From the human T2T-CHM13v2.0 reference genome, Homo sapiens, in the NCBI RefSeq assembly GCF_009914755.1, contig NC_060935.1: a DNA stretch of 64,000 bases. The stretch is one strand, 5' to 3'. The notes under the pieces were generated by a model, which worked only from the letters and a program-made list of their open reading frames with translations, was not told the origin of the DNA and did not search any database. The first letter of the stretch is position 1. Each line of letters starts with the position of its first letter. The position numbers and the translations under genes were made by a program. Below, piece by piece: positions 54,901 through 64,000 of the stretch.

Positions 54901-55440
54901 AATATTGTAGTGAGGATTAAATGAGAAAATCAGCATTTAGGACAGGAACCTACTTTACATCTTAAATACAAGCAGTCTAGTTTTATACTTGTGCATATGT
55001 TTGTACATTTTTAAAATTCTGTCAATATTCTTTTATTAAACATGGGTTTTCTCTTCCCACACCAGTTATAAGACTGAGGAGCAGTCTTCTGCACCAGTTC
55101 AACTTCTTTCTTTTGCACTAGTCCCACCACTAGTTCATGAAATGGAAAAAGGGCTGACTTATCTGATTGGTGAGATGGAAGCAAAGTTGAGCTTGTTCCC
55201 ATGCCTTATCTAGATTTCTATTTCTGAAGACTGAGAAAGTATGAAGCAGAACTCCACATGGTGAACTGTATAGAGCATGGAAAGGTTTTGTGGAGTCAAA
55301 AGTCATAGCTACCAGTTCAAATACAGCTTTACTATTAATAAAGCAGTTATTAATACTCATCTTCATCAGACTCCAGTGCATATTTTTAGTGTGGTTCACA
55401 ATTCAAAAGAAAAGAGGAATTTTACTAAAGGCCATTCTTG

Positions 55441-55729
55441 GGCCGAGTTCAGTGGCTCACACCTGTAATCTCAGCACTTTGGGAGGCCGAGGTGGATGGA
55501 TTGCTTAAGTTCAGGAGTTTCAGGCCAGCCAGGGCAACATGGTGAGATCCCCAATTCTACAAAAAAAAAAAAAAAAGTTGCCTGGCTTGGTGGTGCACGC
55601 ATGTGGTCCCAGCTACTCAGGAGGCTGAGGTGAGAGGATCACTTGAGCCCCTGGGGCGGAGGTTGCAGTGCCACTGCACACCAGCCTGGGTGACACAGTG
55701 AAAGCCTTTCTCAAAATAATAATAATAAT
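55441..55729 (+). mobile_element. AluJ
   Basis: ggattgcttaagttcaggagttt..., gatcacttgagccc; (AAT)n tail; degenerate TSD ggccattct / ggccactct. Confidence 0.9.
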
Positions 55730-55926
55730 GGCCACTCTCAGAATGTCCAATTTATGGCTATTTTCAGAATGTCCAATTTATGCTACAAAAGATAAGTAGA
55801 CACTTGGGATTCAATAAACAACCAATAGAGATTAAAGTTTCTGTAGTAGCTCTGACTTCAGTTATCTTGCACCATGAAGGTCTTTGAACTTTATGCATTG
55901 TTGCCAGAATCACTGTCCTTGATACT

Positions 55927-55994
55927 TGTTATAGCTTGGATGTGTGTCCCCTCAGACCTCATGTTGAAATAGCAACACAAAACAAGCTAAGACA
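55927..55994 (+). mobile_element. Collapsed MST-type LTR (5' and 3' termini only)
   Basis: tgttatagcttggatgtgtgtcccctcagacctcatgttgaaat joined to agcaacacaaaacaagctaagaca. Confidence 0.65.
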
Positions 55995-56335
55995 GCATGT
56001 TAGTGGGGTTGGTTCCTTCTGAGGGCTAGGAGAAAGAATTTGTTTCAAGCCTCCCCACAACTTCTCATAGGTTGCCCACTATACTTGGCTTATGAAAGTA
56101 TCACCTTCATTTCTATCATCATATGATGTTCTCCCTGTGAGCATACCTGTGTCCAAATTCCTTTTTGTGATAAGACTAGTCATACAGTATTAGGGGCTCA
56201 CCCCTCTCCTGTATGACTGCATTTTAGCTTAACTAATTACATCTGCAAAGTCCATATTTCCAAATAAGGTCACACTTTGAGGTGTTGGGGGTCAATACTT
56301 CAGCAGAACAAACTGCAAGACATATGCCACTGTAC
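55995..56335 (-). mobile_element. MLT1B/C-like LTR fragment
   Basis: ggttccttctgagggct...taattacatctgcaaag..tatttccaaataaggtcacac. Confidence 0.8.
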
Positions 56336-56344
56336 TCAGCCTCT

Positions 56345-57838
56345 AGTTTTGATTGTATGTTTAATATAATTTGATTCTTTCACCTCTCAGTACACCAATT
56401 TTAATTCATTTCAATTTTGTTTTTGTTATTGTCCTAGAGTTTACAATCATATTTGCAACTACCTCCGCTGGCTTTTGAATAACCTTATATTGCTTTATGG
56501 ATATTTCATGAACCTTTTATAATAAGAGTATTTCCTATTCCTCCATCTAATCCCTTATTAAATTACTATAATCCATTTATTAATCAATAGGTTATAATCC
56601 CTGAATACATTGTGACTATCGTTACTTTTAATAGTTTTCTATCAAATTAATTGAGAATATAAGAGTGAAAATAAAATATTTTATTTTAACTTTATTTCCT
56701 CCTTCTCCAACATTCCTCCCTGATTATTTGTGACGTGAGCTTATGATCTCTCTATTTTTCTTCCATGTGAAGAACTTTTAAAAACATTTCTTGGTGAGAG
56801 TCTAGTTTTGCTGTTTGTTTTGTCTCTATAAGCTGTATTTTTACTTGCCATTAGCATGCCTTCTAATTTCCTTTTGTTAAAAACTGGAAATGATGTAAAG
56901 GGTAGTAGGAACCAAGGTAGACTGACCTTTAGGGTGATGTTGTATATTATTCTGCTAGAAGATAGGCTGTGTTTAATATTTGCTGTGGCTTCTAGAAGCT
57001 TCAAATTTCTCTAGTTTCCTCATTTTTGTCACCCCTGTTGTCTTTAGATTTCCATAAAAACTCCTTTTTAAAATATAGACTGTGCTGTGCATGTCTTTCA
57101 TCTGTAATCATGTTATCTCTTGGGGCCCTGTTGAGTGGTGGGAAAGTGTGGGAAATGAACAGCATGCTATAATCTGATTATTAAATTTTAGTCCTTTAGT
57201 GGGCCTGTATCCTTGTGCTGTGACCTGCATAAGTGTCTCCTAGATATTTTTTACCCACTTAAGGTAAGGCAGGAGGGTTAGAGAATGCTGGAGTTAGGTA
57301 ATTGCGTTTCCCCTTAGGTGAGGTAAGTGTCTGATAAAGTCTTTCCAAAGGAGAGTAGGCCTTCGTTAATGTAAATACTTGGAGTATTTTAAAATAGTTA
57401 CTTTTTCTTATACCTGCAAGAAGTGTAAGGGGCTTTTTCTGAGGTGTTTACCATGGGAAGCTGGTAGTGTTCCTGCAGGTAAAGCATATGAAATTGTGGG
57501 GCCCTCCTTATGACAGGAGCATGTAGTAGTTTCTCTTTTTCAAACTAGTGCAGTCCACACCCAGCCTCCAACAATCTTTGAAAATTACCATTAATATACC
57601 ATATTAGTTTTGCTCCAAAGCAGCTTATACTTGGGTACTTGGGGGTAAATCCAAGGCTATGATTCTCTGCATTTACCTATCTCTTCTGATTTTGAGGTTA
57701 TAATTTGCCCTACCACATCACTGCTCTGATGAGTTCAAGTAAAGTCATTTATTTTTAGTTTCTGCTGCTTTTTTTTTTCAGTGTAAAGACTTAAGTGATG
57801 CCCCCCAGCTCTTGACTCATCAGAGCTAAAATTGGAAG
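56345..57838 (-). mobile_element. Old L1M (L1MC/MD-type) ORF1/5'UTR relic, same family as 45.8-49.5 kb
   Basis: Shared motifs with 46.5-48.5 kb (aatacattgt.actat, gcttc.aatttctcta, gggcctgt.tcc, agagctaaaattggaag). Confidence 0.68.
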
Positions 57839-57847
57839 AAAATATAC

Positions 57848-58266
<419 letters not shown>

Positions 58267-60706
58267 TGAGAAATTAGCATTACATTGTAAATAAAGATGG
58301 ATTCTCCCACTTACAAACAGCAAAACCATCTTTAATGAAACAATTTATTTAAAGAGAAAGAAAGTAATAAATCAGTATATCTAGAAAAAATTATTTAAGG
58401 ACAAAACGTTTTTTGAACATGTAGCAAAAGATGTAACAGTCCTTACTAATCCCATGAAGGTACAGGGTTTCAAAAAACATACACAGTAATAATACAAGGC
58501 AGAGGTGGGGGAAAAGAAAGAAAACTAATCTAGGAAGCAGAGTTCATATTTCCAGGCAATTCTGTAGCAGAAAGCAGCAGTTTCAGCTAATCTATCATAG
58601 GAATATATATCCCTTTGGATCCTGCTGGGCATGGAGAGATAAAGAAAATTTTATGAATATGGAGTTGCAAAAGATAGAACACAGTATTTTGTTTTGTTTT
58701 GTTCTTGAATAGTCACTGGTCTTTCAGAAGGGAAATTGAGTCTCCATCACTGGGCAGACGTCCAATCAATCTAGCTCTGAAGTTTCAAGACCATAAGACT
58801 CAGAAGGGTATGAAAATTACTAGATAAGTCATATGAAGAAGTAGAGTAAACACAGTCACATTCAACACATTGTTCTGAAATTCAAATTTGATCAGGAGGT
58901 TAAGGAGCAAATGATTCATTTGAAAAACAATAATTTTTTCAAATGATTGACAATGTGGCTCAAATTTGTATATCAGAGGAAAAAAGGTAAGATTGTTAAT
59001 TGAGAATAAGACTGACTTGAGAATAAAATACCAAGCAGATAAAAATAAAATTGTTCAATAATTTCAAGTCAATGCAGTGCTTGAGGATGGTGAGGCTATT
59101 TTGTCCCAAGAGCTGAGGAAAATACTCAAACACTGATAAGGTAAAGGATTGTAAGAGAAAGCACAGCCAAGATGACACATTTATATAAGAATGCAACAAG
59201 GAAGGTCATAGGTAAGAGAAAGGTCTGAATTATATGGGGTGCTAGCTATTATGGGGCTTTTATGTGTTTGTGAAATGGATGCCCTAGGAAAATGATGAAT
59301 TTGGTAACAATATATACAAATCAGAGAGAGCCAACCTGTAGTGGAAAGTGTCATAAAATACATATGTGTACCAACACATAAAGGAAAAATCTTGGTGAAA
59401 ATAATATATTGCAGTCGGGCAAGGATGATAACCCTTCAGATGGCTGAGGATGGAAGATCCAGTTTAATATAGAAGCAATGTAGAAATCTAATGTCTCACC
59501 TAGGCCCTACTAAACATACTAGGGAAAGAGACAACTAAGGAAACAGAATTATGTCTTATTGCTCCAGAAAAGGAGCAAGAACCACTTTCTCATAGCTATT
59601 AAGGTAGTATGGGTCCCTCAAGAGCTAAAAAGCTCAAAAAGTTGAACAAAGGCAAGATTTGAGGACTCAGTTATAAAGAAGATATCAGTCCTTCTTTTAC
59701 CAATATGTCATCCTGGGCAAAAACTCTAGGTTACTTAAAATTAATCAAGGTTTTGGAGAATCTTTAACATGTGATCCTGCAGCTAAGATAATTGGGTGGA
59801 CAAAAGGAAAGACTGCCTTAGGAGGCAGAGCACAACATTACAATACATCCCATAGAAGAAGTAGCAGTTGCAATTCATCTGTCACAGGTGTGAAATCATC
59901 TTGGGATTTTATTTGAGGTAAAATAAACATCTTAGGTAAGCAGTCCTAAAATATGCAATATATTGCTTTTAGCTTTATTTTTAGAATTACTGGCTACAGA
60001 TTTGGGGTTCTGGGCTCAGAAAGAGTTGTGAGGGCCTTATTTGTCACTGGATAAAGCCCACACTCACTTCAGCTCTGAAAAGCAAAAAGACAAAGATGAG
60101 TAAGGAAATAAAATCTACTGGGAGGTAGCATTAGTCACAGTCTTCCTAATGTTGACAGGCTTGAGTTGCTTGCTTTTGGAACAAACTGTGTAGAAATCAA
60201 AGTTTACCAGATACTGGAAGATTAAATGCCTTGTTTTAAAAATCAAGGATAACTGATTGTCCAAAGGCTTATATCAAAGGAAAAAACCTTACAGGCAAAA
60301 CAAAAAGGATACCTCAGAGAGCACAAATTCGGGGACCTATATTAATAATAATTATAAAAGTGATTTATGAAACATGTCTAAATTTATCAAGAAAATAATA
60401 CATTGGGGAGGGGGCAGAAGAAGATGGCTGAATAAAAAGCTCTACCAATCATCGTCCCAGCAGGAACTCCAGATTTAACAATTATCTACACAAAAAATTA
60501 CCTTGATAAGGCCCAGAACTCAGATGAGCAATCGCAGTGCTTGGTTTTAACTTCATAATGCTGAAAAAGACATTGAAGAAAGCAGAAAATAGAGTCCTGT
60601 ATGACTGATGTCATCCCTCCTCCATTCCCATGGTAGCAGCTGCATGGCATAGAGAATCTGTGTGCCTAGGGAAGGAAAACTGCAGTGATTGTGGGACTTT
60701 GCATTG

Positions 60707-60773
60707 GAATTCAGGGCTGCCAACACCAGGCAGAACTCAGCAGGTTCTGCCTGGTGTTGGCAGCCCTGAATTC
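60707..60773. repeat. Perfect inverted repeat: 30-bp arms, 7-nt spacer
   Basis: gaattcagggctgccaacaccaggcagaac-tcagcag-gttctgcctggtgttggcagccctgaattc. Confidence 0.97.
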
Positions 60774-63030
60774 AAATAAGAGGGAGTATTTAGACCAGCC
60801 CTAGCCAGTGGGGAATTGACCATCCCAGTGGTCAGAATGGGAGTTTTGGCAAGACTTACCACCATGGGCTAAATCACTCTGGGGTCCTAAAGATACCTGA
60901 AAGTTGTCTGGGTTACAAGGATTACATCTGCTAGGCAAGTCCTAGTGAGTTGATGGGCTTCAATAGACTTGAAGGCATGCAACCTAGTAAGACACCAGCT
61001 GGGGTGGCTAAGGGAGTGCTTGTACCACCCCTCCTTCAACCACAGGCAGTGCAGCTCACTCCTCCAAAAATAGTCCCCTTCCTTCCACCTGAGGAGAGGA
61101 GAGGGAAAAGTAAAGAGGACTTTCTCTTGCAGCTTTAATACCAGCTCAGCCATATTAGGATAAGGCAACACACAAAGCCTTAATGCCCCCATTCCAGGCC
61201 CTAGCTCCCAGATAGCACTTTCTGACACCCCCTGGACCAGAAAGGAACCCATTGCCTTGAAAGGAAGGGCTGAGTCCTGGCAAGATTCATCATATGCTGA
61301 CTGAAGAGCCCTTTGACCCTTTTCAGCAGTGGTAACCAAGTAGCACATGCTATGGGCCTTGGATGAAACTCTGAAACATGTGGGCTTCAGGTATGACCCA
61401 GCACATTAATAATCATGATGGCTATGAGCACAGATGCCTTCTGCTTGAAAAAAAACAGAGAGAGGAGTAAAGAAGACTTTGTCTTGAACATAGGTACCAG
61501 CTCGGTCACAGTAGGGAAGAACATCAAGCAGGCACTTACGGTCCTTAGTACCAGGCTTCGGCTCTTGAGCAGCATCTCTGGACCTAGCCTGGGCCAGAGG
61601 AGAGCCCCTGCCCTGAAAAATGGGTACCAGGCCTGGCAGTATCCATCACAAGCTGACTGAAGAGCCCTTAAGTCTTAAGTAAACATCGGTGGTATCCTGG
61701 CAGTATTCCCTATGGGCCTATGGTGGTGGTAGACACAAGGAGAGACACCTCTGATTGAGGAATGAGGGGGGAAGAGTGAGAAAGACTTTGTCTCATGGTT
61801 TCAGCACCAGCTCAGCCTCAGTGGAATAGAATACCAGGTAGATTTCTAAGGTTTTTGACTCCAGGCCTTGTCTCCTGGACAGCAACTCTGAACCTACCCA
61901 GGGTCTGGGGGAGTTCGACACCCTTAAGGGAAGGACACAAAACTGGCTGACTTCACCATCTCTAATTATAGAGCCTTAGGGCCTTGAGCAAACATAGGCA
62001 GTAGCCAGAGAGTAGTTAGAGTGGGCCTTGGGCAAGACTCAGTGCTGTGCTGGCTTCAGATCTGTCCAAGTACAGTTTTGGTACCAGCCACAGGGGTGCT
62101 CATGTCACTTCTTCCTTAGCACCAGGAACCTGAGCACAGAGAAAGAGACTTCGTTAACTTGGCAGAAAGTAAGGAAAAAGAACTAGAATTTCTGCCTGGT
62201 AATCCAGAGAATTCTTCTAGATCTCATCCAAGACCATTAAGGTGGTACCTCTTCAAATCTGTGAAAACCATAGCATTACTGAACCTGGGGTGCTGCCTAA
62301 TGCAGATATAGCTGCAGTGACCAAAAAAGATCATAACATCCAAGATCCTTCAAATTCCTGGAAAGCCTTCCAAAGAAGGACAGGTACAAACAAGCTCAGA
62401 TAGTGAGTCTAAAATAAGTAGTAAAGTTTATTCAAAGAGATAATACCAGAGCACTTCTCAAACCTATAGAAAGGTACCAATATCCAATAACAAGAAGGTT
62501 ATAGAACACCAAGGAGATTTAACTCAAAGAAGACTACCTCAAGCCATTTAATAATCAAACTCCAAAGATCAAGGGTGAAGAAAAGATTCTAAAAGCAGTA
62601 AAAGAAAAGAAATAAATAATATACAATGGAGCTTCAATACATCTCGTAGCACACTTTTCAGTGGGAACCTCACAGGTCAGGAGAGAGTGACATGACATAT
62701 TTAAAGTGCTGAAGGAAAAAAAAAAACAAAGCAAAAACCTTATACCCTAGAACAGTATATCTTGCAAAAATATCCTTCAAATATGAAGCAGAAATACTTT
62801 CCCAGACAAACAAAAGCTGAGGGATTTCATCAACACCACACATTCTCTACAAGAAATGATAAAGAGAGTTCTTCAGTCTGAAGGAAAAAATGTTATTGAG
62901 CAGTAAGAAATCATCTTAAGTTACAAAACTCACTGGTGGTAGTTAAGTACACTGAAAAACAAAGAATATTATAGCATGGAAGCTATAATATGTAAACTAT
63001 GTGTATCCTAAGTAGAAAGATGAAAGGATA

Positions 63031-63343
63031 GGCCAGGCACAGTGGCTCATGCCTATAATCCTAGCATTTTGGCAAGCCAAGGTGGGAGGACTGACTGAGC
63101 CCAGGAGTTTGAGAGCAGCATGAGAAAAAAGGAAAGATCTTGTCTCCACACACAACAAAATTTAAAAATAGCCTGAATGATGACAAATGCCTGTGTTCCC
63201 AGCTACTTGGGAGGATTTGGTGGGAAGATCCCTTTAGACCACAAAGTCAAAGTTGTAGAAAGCTGTGATTGTGCCACTGCACTCCAGCCTGAGTGAAAGA
63301 GCAAGACTCTGTCTCAAAAAAATAAATAAATAAATAAATAAAA
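63031..63343 (+). mobile_element. AluJ inside the L1 inter-ORF region
   Basis: ggccaggcacagtggctc...tgagcccaggagtttgag...; (AAAT)n tail. Confidence 0.9.
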
Positions 63344-64000
63344 GGGAAAACTGATTAAAAATAACTATAGCAACTTTTCAAGACATGAAAAGTACAATAA
63401 GATATGAATAGAAATGGCAAAAAATTTAAAACAGGGAGATGAAGTTAAATCATAGAATTTTAATTGGTTTTCTTTTTGCTTGGTTGTTTGTTTATGCAAT
63501 CACTGTTAAGTTGTCATTATCAGTTTAAAACACTGTTTATGTGATACTTGAAAACCTCCTGGTAACCTAATTTCTAAAAAAATACAGCAAATACATAAAA
63601 ATTAGAAGCAAGAAATTAAAACATACCACCAGAGAAAATCACCTTTACTAAATGTAAGACAGGAAGGAAGGAAACAAGAAAGAGAAGAGCACAAAACAAC
63701 CAGAATACAAATAATGAAATCATCTGTTATTGTTACTTATCAATAATAACATTGAAAGTAAATAACTTAAACTCTCCAAGCAAAATTTATACAGTGACTG
63801 AATCAATAAAAATCTAAGACCCCATGATCTGTTGCCAACAAGAAACACACTTCACCTATAAAGATACACATAGACTGGAAACAAGGAAAGGAAAAAGATA
63901 TTCCATACAAAACTAAAGCAGAAAAGGGTAGGATTAGCTATACTTACACCAGACAAAATAAATTTTTAAGAAAAAAATTATAAAAAGAGACAAGGAAGGT

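Larger units (their letters stand above)
60405..64000 (+). mobile_element. L1MA-class (L1M1-like 5'UTR) element: 5'UTR ~60405-62405, ORF1 C-terminal half, spacer, ORF2 start ~63715; runs off window
   Basis: 5' ggggaggggcagaagaagatggctgaata; ORF1 motifs ttcccagacaaacaaaagctgagggatttcatcaacacc; EN start aataacattgaaagtaaat. Confidence 0.88.

Noticed and set aside
46480-57838. Segmental duplication between ~46.5-48.5 kb and ~56.4-57.8 kb
   Set aside because: Similarity is patchy and explained by two copies of the same old L1M 5' region

Overview
AT-rich, CpG-poor, gene-poor primate genomic DNA, most likely human or ape (AluY, AluS, AluJ, L1PA, MSTA). Most of the window is layered, dead transposable elements: many L1s from L1ME to L1PA age (one near-full-length copy at ~36.2-42.8 kb), a complete MSTA-type MaLR provirus, ERVL/LTR33/LTR16 and MLT1 relics, three Tigger-family DNA transposons, L2/MIR relics and seven Alus. 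I see no protein-coding gene, RNA gene, CpG island or CRISPR array. Listed ORFs with recognisable motifs are L1, MaLR or Alu remnants; the rest look like chance ORFs. I found no evidence for a novel multi-gene system. The most interesting signals are mutational and structural: a perfect 30-bp-stem hairpin made by fold-back in an L1 5'UTR (60707-60773), a template-switch inverted duplication in an L1PA8-like element (44175-44267), two twin-priming (5'-inverted) L1 insertions, one only ~110 bp long, one target site hit by repeated insertions, an unexplained exact 25-bp direct repeat and a 68-bp collapsed LTR. Subfamily names come from recalled consensus sequences, and the boundaries of old repeats are approximate.
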